From positions 22,386,709 to 22,450,708 of the forward strand of contig CM119264.1 in assembly GCA_051294375.1 (NCBI GenBank): DNA of 64,000 nucleotides. The letters run 5' to 3'. The stretch's first letter is position 1. Each line of letters begins with the position of its first letter. This DNA comes from Paraspadella gotoi. Lineage: Eukaryota > Animalia > Chaetognatha. Below are positions 25,919 through 37,872 of the stretch, in pieces. The notes beneath the pieces are model-generated. The model was not told the origin of the DNA, made no database searches, and saw only the letters and a program-made list of their open reading frames with translations. A program made the translations under genes and the position numbers.

Positions 25919-26488
25919 CTCTCTCTCTCTCTCTCTCTCTCTCTATCCGTTCCTCTCTTCTTCCATCCTCTCTTCGATATTGGAATGACCATAAATAAAA
26001 GCTCGTTCAAACGAGATTTTCCGCCCCAAATCCCCAGCCTAAGCCTCGCAATGGAAATTGAGGTTTCGAGACTTTTTTTTTACTCTTATTCGGGCAGTTG
26101 CCCATACACGTCGCGGCGCGCTGTGCGGCCGCAGCGCGAGAAGGAGACGAGAGAGAGAGAGAGCGGGAGAGCAGAGACGAGAGAGAGAGAGAGGAGAGAG
26201 AGAGAGAGGAAGAGAGAGAGAGAGAGAGAAAAGAAAAAGAGATAAATAGAAAGAGAGAGAAAAGAGAGAGATAGAAAGAAAGAGAGGGAGAAGAGACCTT
26301 CGAGTCCTCGTTAACCTCTCATTTTCCGCGGGGGCGAGAGAGGGGCGCCTTACATCATGAAGGCGAGTTTCAAAACAAAAAAGTGAAGGGAGGAGGAAAG
26401 AAGGGAAAATGGAGTAAGCGGAAATGGGAGACGGGAAATAGAGGTTGAATTGGAAAGGTTTAAGTCTAGAGAGGAGAGGAGAGGAGAG

Positions 26489-26532
<44 letters not shown>

Positions 26533-26736
26533 TAAACGAGAGAGTAAAGGGAGAAGAAGAGAGTAGAGGAGAGAAAGAGTTAAATGCAAAAACGTTTTTT
26601 AACGCAAGCACCGTTAATTAAATCAACTAGCAGTAGAAACGAGCCATAAAAACCTTCCAACCGTCGAAAAGAAAAAATTTGTTTGGCGAGTTTTCGAATC
26701 TCCACGAGGTCGTTTATGCATTAATGGCCTCAGTCG

Positions 26737-26771
<35 letters not shown>

Positions 26772-26773
26772 TC

Positions 26774-26805
<32 letters not shown>

Positions 26806-27808
26806 CCTCTTCTCTCTCTCTTTCTCCCGAAACAGGAGAATGGAAATGAAACATCGAATTTGCATCGAGTCTCGCGAGTCGACCTTTGAGTTGGCAGCCG
26901 GAATTGAACCCGCGTCTTTGCACCTGACTCGCCGATCTTTTTCTGATTCCCGCCGCTGCACCTCCGCAACGCGCCACCGGCGTAGCCTCCGCCGCCACTG
27001 GCTGCTTCCGCCCTTGACGTCAGACGCTGCCAATGCCGAGCAACGCTTCAGGCCTCACAAAACACTTTGCGACCTTTCTGCCTCGATGTCTTGAAAGCGA
27101 CTTAAGCTCTAAAGTTTCTTTTCTTTCTCCGATTTTGAGAACAAAATGTTTTTCTTCTCTTTGTCTCTCTTTTTCCTCTGTCTTTTTTGTCTCTGGTCAA
27201 TCGTCTCCCGTCCTCATCTCCCTCGCTCTCTCCTCTACTCGTCCTCCTCTCTCTCCTCTCTCCTCTCCTCGCTCTCTCTCTCCTCTCTCTCTCTCTCTCT
27301 CCTTCCCTCTCATCCGCGTAACGTCTCCAGAGTAGTTTTCCGACGACGTAATCAAATCAGATTCTCTCTCGCATCCGAGACCCTCGATTTCTTCCAAGTC
27401 GTTCTTGCTTTTATCATCCGGCCGTTGTTATTTTATCCGGTCGGGTCGGCCGCGTTCGTCGCCGTCTCGTCGCCTCGTCGTCGTCCGACCCCACGACGCC
27501 ACGGTCGTAATGCAGGAGAGCGTTAACGGGATTATTCGAAGCCCAAGAAAGGCCCATTTGCTTTTCAATGGCCGACGACCGAAGCGAGGGCGCTGAGACG
27601 GCGTCTTTTCTAGAGGCGGTGGGGGAGGGGGAACTGCGATTGGAGGGGGAGTCGTAAAGCTGCCGGGGTGGGGAGGGACGAAAGGGGTTGCGGATGCACG
27701 GCTGGGAAGAGTCGCGATTTGTCGGGACAAGGACGGGGTACGGGGATCGGAACGGATGACAGGAAGAAGGGACTGGGGGAAGTTGAGCATGCGACGAAGG
27801 CTAAAAGA
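24250..27808 (+). repeat. Indel-divergent copy of unit R
   Basis: Collinear with ~13823-17462. Differences are mostly 1-2-bp indels. Confidence 0.9.
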
Positions 27809-28038
27809 NNNNNNNNNNNNNNNNNNNNNNNNNGAAAAGGCAAATGGGCCTTTCTGCTCGAATATCCCGTAATCGCTCTCCTCATTACGACCGTGGCGTC
27901 GGGGGGTCGACGACGACGACGGCGACGACGACGGCGACGATAACAATAACAACGGCGATGATAAAAGCAGAAACGACTTGGAAGAAAATCGAGGGTCTTC
28001 GGATGGAGAGAGANNNNNNNNNNNNNNNNNNNNNNNNN

Positions 28039-29790
28039 GGTCCCTTCTCATGATCCCCAGTCTGTCGCTGCCGATTTAGGTTCCGATGTTTATCGGCACA
28101 AAGGCACTGTTGTAAGGGTATGGCGTCAGCAACTTATCTTTCCAGGTTTGAATCTCCCGCGCGCCTAAAGAGTAGGGGGAGTTATAAAGGCTGTCTGGCA
28201 AAGCAAAAATAGCAGCGTATTTGCATCAATACACAGAGACCTTAATTAATTTGATGCCAATTGGGCCTCACTTCACTGGGCGTACTAGTCGCGCCTCCCA
28301 CTTCTGTATTACGTCCACTCGTTGTTCGACCTCGTTCCCACGGCCAGTTCCTCTACCTCGGCGGGATAGGGAAAAGGGAATTAGCCCGTGATCCAGATGG
28401 GAAATCCGGGGTGGAACCGGAATTAATAATCGTCGTAAAGGTTGCCCAAGGTTCCCCGTTTTTCAAAAGAGGAGGGAACCTGGGGTTGTTCTCCCAAAAA
28501 TTTTCTTACTCGTTTGGATCGTCTCGAGATAAAAGATGTGTAATTAATAATTCGATGTTCACGCCGCAATACGCATTGCCCCATCCATTTATTCTCTTAA
28601 AAGGCCCCCATCATACTATCATTTGCGGGAGGTCCGCGATCCGCCGGGGAAGTTCCCGTTTCGACAGCGCGGTCGAACAAGGCCTTGAAAATGTACGCGA
28701 AGCATTTCAAGGTGTTCGAGAACTCGTCGGGTTCCGATCTCGGTCCGCTCCGTCCTAGAGGAGACCGCTTGTTGGTGACCACGGTTCATCGTTTACGGAT
28801 GAAATACAAATGAACAGGATTTAATCTTCGAGAAATGTTTTGTCGGTATTTCGAAAAATTAAAAGAATTAAAATCACGTTTAAAATAAAGATAAAACCAG
28901 AAGAATAAAAATTAAAATAAAAATCATTTTAATAAAAACAGATAAAAAATCCAACTTCGTCAAATAAAATCTCCAATTATTAGAATACTTTTCTAAACTC
29001 AAGTATATCCATGATATTGTCTACTGGTATTGTATCTACTATAAAAAAATTAGACACTTAGACCAGAAGAAGAGGCGCATCCTAAAATCGGAAATCCTTT
29101 TTTACTGTCAACGTACTTGGAACTAGTCGAAGCCTCCTCTTGTCTCCCCCGTCTGTAGCTGGTTACGGAAAGAAGGGCCGTCCCAAACGTCCCTCGAAGT
29201 TCTGTTGCCCGCGAATAGACGCGACGGGAGCTTGGCGCCGCGTGGCTGAGCGCCGAAGCGTTTGAGGCGTCGTGGGTGGAAACGAGGACTCCAGTGATCG
29301 CCGAATGGCCAGCCGTCACGAGTGTGGTCGACGAGGGTCGTCACGAATTGTAGCGGTACATGGAGTAGACCCACAAGCTGTTCCCACAAGGTCCCGCCGC
29401 CAAGTCTTCTATCACACCACGAGGCCATCCACTTGGCAGTCCGTAAATCGGCTCACAAGCCTGATGTCGGCGTGGGCTCAAAGCGGGCTCATATGGCCAT
29501 GTCAAGTCTAACTGTTAAAAGGTTCATGACAATTGGAAAATAACGTGACGTGACTCGACGTGACGGTGACCGTAATGGGTGCCAACCTCGGTAAAAAGGC
29601 CGTTTTGGACGGGCTAAAAGTCTAGAGTCATGGCCTATCATATCTGGCGTTGAAAAGAGGAGAAAAGGATGAGTGTAATCTCCTATAAAGGTGAATAAAA
29701 AACACAATATATCAAAGACAGGAGAAATGTTTTTAAAACTAATTGATACATGGAAAAATAATTGCAAAAGGAGGCGCCATATCCCTCACA
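28039..29790 (-). other. Unique island with degraded coding potential; DUF2828/vWA-like fragment at ~28270-28815
   Basis: Frame-hopping minus-strand peptides: LFICISSVNDEPW, NTLKCFAYIFKALFDRAVETGTSPA/DLPQMIV and FHPGFPIWITG/FPYPAEVEE. A second exon-like block follows TTTTAACAG at ~29512. The family call is from remembered motifs only. Confidence 0.3.
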
Positions 29791-29794
29791 ATAA

Positions 29795-31289
29795 TGATGA
29801 CATTAATTTTTTGTGTTGACAAAAAGATATGTTACTATTCCCCGCACTTGATAATGTTTTACTAATTTTGAACAACTGTAACTAAAAATTACGCAGAATA
29901 AAAAAAGCTATCTCACACTTTGAGGTAAATAAGTATACCTAATGAAATAATGAGATTGCAAAGAGCCAGTTCACTTTTTTTTGAGAAGCATGATAAAGCT
30001 TGACGATTTAAATGACAATGACAAATGCACGATATATAAGACAAAAGGCTGAGCAATTCGGCCAGAAATGAACTAAGAACATGAAAAAGACCGAGGTCAC
30101 AAACGGTCGATTGCCATCTCGACCAACCACAACGATTCCTATCTCTCATCTCAGCCTACTCCAATCCTCGCTGACTAATTCGCCATTTTGATGCCCTAAA
30201 TCCCAATCAGCGACGTCGTCGTCGTCCGTCGTTTTGTCCTTCGTCGTCGGCGGTCGTCCCGTCCTTCATCAGAAGCCGTAAAATACCGGGCGTTTCTTTT
30301 ACGCCTTCGTCCTGCTCAACTCCCCCAGTCCCTTCTTCCTGTCATCCGTTCGCGATCCCGCGTCCCGTCCTTGTCCCAGCAAATCGCGAACCTCACCGTG
30401 CAATCCGCAACCCCTTCCGTCCCTCCCCACCCCGGCAGCTTTAAACGACTCCCCCTCTCAATCGCAGTTCCCCCTCCCCCACCGCCTCTAGAAAAGACGC
30501 CGTCTCAGCGCCCTCGCTTCGGTCGTCGGCCATTAGAAAAGCAAATGGGCCTTTCTTGGCTCGAATATCCCGTTAATCGCTCTCCTCATTACAGACCGGT
30601 GGCGTCTGGGGGTCGGACGACGACGAGCGACGACGACGGCGACAACGACGCGACGAGCGGACGATAAAATAACAACGGCAGCGATGATAAAAAGCAAGAA
30701 ACGACTTGAGAAAAAAAATCGAGGGTCTTCGGATGGAGAAGAGAACTGATTTGGATTACGTCGTCGGAATAAACTCTGGAGAACGTAGCGGATAGAGGGA
30801 GGGAGAGAGAGAGAGAGAGGAGAGAGAGAAGAGTGAGAGAGACGGAAGTACGGAGGGGGGAGAGGAGAGAGAGAGCGACGAGATAAGAGGGGAGAGAGAG
30901 GAGCATTGACCAGAGACAAAAAAAGGACAGAGGAAAAAGAAACAAAGAGAGAAAAAATTTGTTCTCAAATCGGAAAGAAAAGAAACTAGAGCTTAAGTCG
31001 CTTTCAAGACTATCGAGGCAGAAAGGTCGCAAAAGTGTTGTTGAGGCGCTGAAAGCGTTGCTCGGCATTGGGCAGCTCTGACGGTCAAGGGCGGACAGCA
31101 GCCAGTGGCGGTCGGAGGCTACGCCGGTGGCGCGTTGCGGAGGTGGCAGCGGCGGGAATCAGAAAAAGATCGGCGCAGCAGAACGTCAGATGCAGTGCGG
31201 TTCAATTCCGGCTCCTAACTCAAAAGGTCGACTCGCGAAGACTCGATGCAAATTCGATGTTTCATTCCATTCTCATGTTTCGGGAGAAA

Positions 31290-31333
<44 letters not shown>

Positions 31334-31565
31334 GAAGAGAGGAGAGAGAAGAGAGAGAGAGAGGAGAGAGACGACGAGGCCATTAATGCATAAACGACCT
31401 CGTGGAGATCAGAAACTCGCCAAACAAATTTTTTCTTTTCGACGCGTTGCGAAGGTTTTTTATGGGCTCGTTTCTACTGCTAGTTGATTTATTACGGTGC
31501 TTGCGTTAAAAACGTTTTGCATTTACTCTTTCTCTCACTCACTCTCTCTTCTCCTTTCTCCTCGT

Positions 31566-31611
<46 letters not shown>

Positions 31612-32180
31612 CTCTCTCTCCTCTCCTTCTCTCTCTAGACTTAACCTTTTCCAATTCAACCTCTATTTCCGTCTCCCATTTCCGCTTACTCCCATTTTCC
31701 GCTTCTTCCCTCCTCGCCTTCACTTTTTGTTTTGAAACTCGCCTCATGATTGAAGGCGCCCCTTCTCTCGCCCCCGCGGAAAATGAGAGGTTAACGAAGG
31801 ACTCGAGTGTCTCTTCTCCCTTCTTTCTTTCTATCTCTCTCTTTCTCTCTCTTTCTATTTATCTCTTTTTCTTTTTCTCTCTCTCTCTCTCTTCCTCTCT
31901 CTCTCTCTCCGTCTCTCTCTCTCTCTCTCTCTCTCCGCCTCTCTCTCTCTCTCGTCTCCTTCTCGCGCGGGCCGCACGCGCGCCGCGACGTGTATGGGCA
32001 ACTGCCCGATAAGAGAAAAACAAAAAGTCTCAATAACCTCAATTCTCCATTGCGAGGCTTAGGCGGGATTTGGGGCGGAAATTCTCGTTTTGAACGAGCT
32101 TTTTATTTATGTCAATTCAATATCGAGAAGGATGGAAGAAGAGAGGAACGGATAGAGAGAGGAGAGAGAGAGAAGAGAGC

Positions 32181-32211
<31 letters not shown>

Positions 32212-33825
32212 AGGAGAGAGAGAGAGAGAAGAGAGGAGAGCAGAGGAGATGAGGAGATCGATTTCGGATGGAACCCACCACCCAGTCCTCTTCCCCCCAA
32301 AAAAATAATTAAAATAAACTTTTTTTTGAACAAGGTAAAGAGATTTGTAAGGAGTTTATTGTCTCAAACGACTCAAATGGCAACATTCAAAATGGAGACG
32401 GTCAGGAGAGAGAGAGAGAGAGATGAGATAGAGAGAGAGAGAGAAAAGAGAGAGAGAAGAGGAGAGAGTAGACATTATCGTCCATTTCCGTTTCTTTTTT
32501 TTTCACTCTCTCTCCCTCGGTCGCCAATTTCCTTCCCCACACGTAAATCATATCAGGTAACTGATTGGGAGGCAAAAGGCCGCCCCACTTCAATTTAACA
32601 TTTTTTTTTCTCGGTCCCTTAATCCGATGCCGACGATTTACGATGACGACGACGACGACGACGACAAGGAAGAAGACTGAATACGAAAGGTTATGACTCG
32701 CGTCGTCTAATGTAGTCTATTGTAGTTTATGTGAAGAACAAAAACAGCAACAACAACAAAGTTACACCCTGAGAATAAAACAGAAAGAAAAAAAAACAAA
32801 GCTGAGATAAAGAAATCGCAATCAACCCCATTGACGCTAAAAAACAAAAACAATTACCACAAAAACAACAACAACTTCCCGAGTCAAATTGACCAATTGA
32901 CGTCTCCCTGTCTACTTCCACCCTGTCGAAGGCGACGATTCCGACCAATGACTGGCGTTGTGAAGGAAATAAAGTCTGACCAATAAGAGGCCGAGAGAGA
33001 GAAGCGACGTCAGAGCCCGGACACTCTCGCCTTTGAGAGATGAGGTTGCGAGGGTGAAATTGTCGGAAGCGAAGAGAGTTTTTCGCCGATCGGAGATTGG
33101 NNNNNNNNNNCTCTGCCCCCCCCTCTCTCTCTGCCGTCACCGTCAACGAAATTGCGACGCACCCCGGGTTTTCGCGGCGCGACCGGAGTTGAGAGGCCTT
33201 ATCGGGAATCGAATCCAAGACTGACCCTCATCTCGAATCCTTTTNNNNNNNNNNNNNNNNNNNNNNNNNTCCTTTTTTTTCTTTTTTTTTAGGACAATCT
33301 CGTTTCGAGCGAATACGATGCCTGGACCTTTCCGCGTTAGCGCTGTTTTGCTTTGTTTAACTTAGCCTGTTCATCGGGTTTTAAAACCTCTAGTAAGAGA
33401 TGACAGAAAAAAAATCAAATTATAAATTTTTAAATTTTATTTCATTAAACAAGCTCAAAATAAAGATTTAAGAGACCTCCATTTTGAGACATGTTCACTT
33501 TCGTTCGATTGAGTTCATGTTTCCCTCGCCAATTTTTCTTCCCTTCGCAACGAAAACCTTTTTTTTTTCGTCTCCACGAGGCTAAACTCTGCTACTTCTA
33601 TTTCGTTCATATTCCACGCCCGCACAGGTGTTCAGACTCCCAAACTTTATTCTTCTATTCTCCCCCCCCATTGGCCTTGGCTTCCCTCCCCCTCTTCCTC
33701 CCCCCCTCACCAAAAACAATCTCGACGAGAAAGAGGGATAAGCCCAGAAGAAGCGTGTCAACCGCGCGAATCCATTAGTTGTACATATCAGAATAATAGA
33801 ATTGCTGGCATGACTTTGCTGGCCT
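29795..33825 (-). repeat. Indel-divergent inverted copy of unit R
   Basis: Reverse complement of ~13835-17965; collinear with 39690-43750. Confidence 0.9.
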
Positions 33826-35330
33826 GCAATTGAGCCACAGCGCGTCGCCGACCCTGATCACGAACGCGCGCCGCAACCGAACGAGAATGCCCCAAGCTGG
33901 ACACGGCGGAAAGCCCCCGCCCATACCCGGAAAGAGACGAGAAGAAGACGCACAGAGAGAGACAAGAACAGAGGAGAGACACAAAACAAAACGAGAGACC
34001 AACGCAGAGAGACCCCAAGAGGACCCTCACGGAGAGAAAGAGGAATCGAGGGAGAATCAAGCAGAGAAGGACCGAGGGTAGATCAGCAGAAGCACCGCCC
34101 AACACCGGGAAGATGCCCCGGCGCGGAAGAGAGAGAGGCGACGCGAGAGGCAGAAAAAAAAACCAAATACAGAAGAGACAATGGCAAGAAGGAGCACCGG
34201 AGCAAGGGAAGAAAGAGGAGAAAGGGAGAGAGATTTTTAGAGAGATAAGCAAGGATAATCATCGAGAGGGAGTTGCCGAAACAGTCAGATACTAGAAAAA
34301 TAGATAGAGGAGAGGCGAGCCTTTTCGAGCGAATACGATGCCTGGACCTTTTCCGCCGTTAGCGCTGTTTGGCTTTGGGTTTAACTTTAGCTGTTCATCG
34401 GTTTTAAAACCTCTAGTAAGAGATGACAGAAAAAAATCAAATTTATAAATTTTTAAATTTTATTTCATTTAACAAGTCAAAAATAAAGATTTAAGAGACC
34501 TCCCATTTTGAGACATGTCACTTTCGTTCGATTGAGTTCCATGTTTCCCAGTCGCCAAGTTTTTCTTCCCTTCGCCAACGAAAACCTTTTTTTTTTCGTC
34601 TCCACGAGGCTAAACTCTGCTACTTCTATTTCGTTCATATTCCACGCCCGCACAGGTGTTCAGACTCCCAACTTTATTCTTCTATTCTCCCCCCCCATGC
34701 CTTGGCTTCCCTCCCCTTTCCTTCTTCCTCCCCCTCACCAAAAACAATCTCGACGAGAAAGAGGATAAGCCCAGAAGAAGCGTTGTCAATCCGCGCGAAT
34801 CCATTAGTGTGTACATATCAGAATAATAGAATTGGCTGGCATTGACTTGCTGGCCTGCAATTGAGCCACAGCGCGTCGCCGACCCTGATCACGAACGCGC
34901 GCCGCAACCGAACGAGAATGCCCCAAGCTGGACACGGCGGAAAGCCCCCGCCCATACCCGGAAAGAGACGAGAAGAAGACGCACAGAGAGAGACAAGAAC
35001 AGAGGAGAGACACAAAACAAAACGAGAGACCAACGCAGAGAGACCCCAAGAGGACCCTCACGGAGAGAAAGAGGAATCGAGGGAGAATCAAGCAGAGAAG
35101 GACCGAGGGTAGATCAGCAGAAGCACCGCCCAACACCGGGAAGATGCCCCGGCGCGGAAGAGAGAGAGGCGACGCGAGAGGCAGAAAAAAAAACCAAATA
35201 CAGAAGAGACAATGGCAAGAAGGAGCACCGGAGCAAGGGAAGAAAGAGGAGAAAGGGAGAGAGATATTTGAGAGAGATAGCAAGGATAAATAGAGAGGGA
35301 GTTGGGTAGATACTAGATAGGATAGAGGAG
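33290..35330. repeat. Tandem duplication, period ~1,031 bp
   Basis: ~33826-34255 recurs at ~34857-35286 with identical 83-aa ORFs at 33830 and 34861. The preceding R segments are near-identical. Confidence 0.9.
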
Positions 35331-35697
35331 AGCGAGGGTAAAATAAAAGAAATAGTAAGAATGAGAGAGAAAGAGAAGGTTTTTCAGCTCCTTTTTTATC
35401 ATTTTTACAAATATTAATAAATCCAACATAATAAGCTGTAATAAAGGCCAGAAGGACCGAAACATCCAAGAAATCGCGAATGTTCTTCTTTACTAATGAG
35501 GTCTTCTTGCCCTCTCGTTTGTTTTTCTTTCCAATCGTGCATGGGTCTGTTAATTCGCTTCATTATAATATTATATTTATATATATTTATATATATATTT
35601 ATAATATGGTATTATAAAATATAACAACAAATTTAAGAAGGTTCTTTGGTTGGTGTAATATGGTTTTGCTGCATCAAAATAAAAATTAAGTAGGATA

Positions 35698-36935
35698 TAG
35701 GGTTCGATAACCGTTAATTTTTTTAGGAAATTTCGCTTAAACCGTTAAAACTAACATTTTAACGGTTTAACCGTTAAGATCGGTTAATTTTAATAATTCA
35801 CTTTAAATTTAAAATATTAGATTTAAAACAAAATAAAGTATTTAATGGTATTTTCTCTTTAACTCTGGCTCTTGAATGCGCTGATAAAGACTTGAAACAG
35901 AGTCGAAACATGTCTATTTTTTATGTCAAATAAATTGTTGTGTAACAAAACAAATATTTTTGCTAATCTCATAACACAACGAAACGAAAGGATACCAATC
36001 AAATTCTAATTCTCATATTTTGTTTTCTCTTTCTCTCTTTGCTTTCTCTTTTTTTCTCTACTTCTTCTATTCCCATTTATTTTTTTAGTTGTAGTTTCTT
36101 AAACGCATGTTTTCTGTTGTTAATCTTTCATAAACTAATGACCAATAGGTCATTGACCATAAATATAAATATAAATTTTTAATTTATTCATAGACTGGTT
36201 GATTTATCGATTGATTCAAAATATTTATTGAATTAATAAATATATTTTTTAGTTTAGTTAAAAAGTATATACATCATTATTCTTTTTTATATGTCTTTTT
36301 TAAGATTCGTCCCTTCTATTATTAATTTTTAAATTTTTTAAAATAATTTTTTTTATTTTGTTTTTATTCATTTTTCATTCATTCGGTTTTATTTCATTTG
36401 CTTTCTTTGTTAATTTTAAAGAGGAAAGAAAAAGAGAGAAAAAGTATAAATAAGAGGAATTATTTATTTTTAGCTTAAATTGAAATACATATTATTGCAT
36501 GAAGGGCAAAAAAAAGGAAAAAGGTAAAAGCAAGAGGCGAAAAAGGAAGAAAAAGAAGGGGAGATGGAAAGAAAAAGGGAGAAAAGTGATAATGGAAAAA
36601 GAAAGGAACAGGAGAGTAAATTAAAGGGGAAGAAAGAATAAGAGAGAGATGAGGATAGAAAAAAAAGAAGTAAATAACAAAGGAAAAAAGCAGGGAAAAT
36701 TGAGGAGAAGAGAGAGAGGGGTAAAAATATTGGTAAAGGAGGAGGAGGAATAAGAGAGAACAGAAAAAAAAATAGGTTTTTTTTTTAAATTTTAAAGATT
36801 TCATACCAAAAATGAAAAAAATCACATTTAAAAATTAAGCGAATTTAACCGTTAAAATGAATATATTAACGGTTTAAAGTTAAATTATTTTTAACCGTTA
36901 ATAAACGTTAACAGTTAACGGTTAACGGAACACTA
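35698..36935. mobile_element. Non-autonomous hAT-like DNA transposon (MITE-like), ~1.24 kb
   Basis: Imperfect TIRs: TAGGGTTCGATAACCGTTAA (left) and TTAACGGTTAACGGAACACTA (right). Subterminal AACCGTT/AACGGTT clusters at both ends. Flanks GTAGGATA (35690-35697) and GTAGGcATA (36936-36944) form an 8-bp TSD. AT-rich non-coding interior. Empty site at 44564-44572. Confidence 0.8.
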
Positions 36936-37047
36936 GTAGGCATATGTGACGCAAGGATTGGCCTGTGCCGACTTTAGCACTGACGGTCATTGAAGATGTA
37001 GTGATTTACTGTGAGAGAGAGAAGAGCAGAGAGCAGAGAAGAGAGAG

Positions 37048-37081
<34 letters not shown>

Positions 37082-37657
37082 ATAAAATTGGGTGAAAAAG
37101 TTCGTCTCCTACGAAGACTCGGCTGATTGAGAAGTTGAAGGGGCAGGCCGGGACCCTGAACCGGAGGAAGGATGTTTGTGAAGTCGTAATTGCGTGAGGG
37201 GGGGGGAAAGGTGAGTAGTGGAGGAAGGTAAGGGGAGAGAGAAGAGAGAAGGAACGAGAAAAGTGATGGAGAGATAGGTAGAAAACTTTGTTGAATTCAA
37301 CTTGGAGAACGAAGTGGAGAAAAAGTGGAGTGAAGAAAAATAAAAGGTAGGGGGGTGGGAGATATAAGAAAAATGAAATCTAAAGCTTGCAGAAACCTGT
37401 TATGTTATTATCTTGCAAGTGTGATGGAGGCCTTAAACCACCAAAGCCTGTCCAAAGTCAGGGACAAGATAGCTTATTTATTAAATGGATGGATAATTTT
37501 TATATTGGTTGTACCAATTTCATAGATATAAAAAAGTGAAAAAATTAAAAAGACAAATTACTAAGATTAATATCGAGAGTTTGTGAAGTTAGACCTCTAT
37601 TATCGAGTTTAAACAAATTTAATATTTTAATACATTCGCAAACGCAGGTGGATTGAG

Positions 37658-37722
37658 CCAATCAGCCGTCGAGGAGGCGCCAAGGTCTGGCAGCCAATCG
37701 AGCGCGAGTTCCTCCAGCCAAT
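37658..37722 (+). promoter_or_regulatory. Triple CCAAT-box (NF-Y-type) promoter element
   Basis: AGCCAATC three times, with CCAAT at 37658, 37694 and 37718, in CpG-rich sequence. Copies at ~45495-45565 (+), ~11970-12055 (-) and ~22397-22482 (-). Confidence 0.55.
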
Positions 37723-37872
37723 CAGGACGCGGGTTGGCAAAGGTCGACTCTGCCTCTGGCCCTCTGCATGCAGCGGTGAACTTAATCAACAAAGGACCAG
37801 CCCTCTCTTCCGCGTATTACGCAGACGACGCCGCCAGTCACGTGCTCTCTCTCTCTCTCAAAGAGAGAGACT

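Noticed and set aside
28261-28758. 165-aa plus-strand ORF, and a possible geminivirus/CRESS Rep similarity on the minus strand (DEPWSP)
   Set aside because: The plus ORF reads like the antisense shadow of minus-strand coding sequence. No Rep RCR or Walker motifs are present.
37845-37870. TCTCTCTC-AAA-GAGAGAGA as a SMRTbell adapter remnant
   Set aside because: It matches only the adapter stem and lacks the loop. It is easily explained by the abundant CT/GA tracts.
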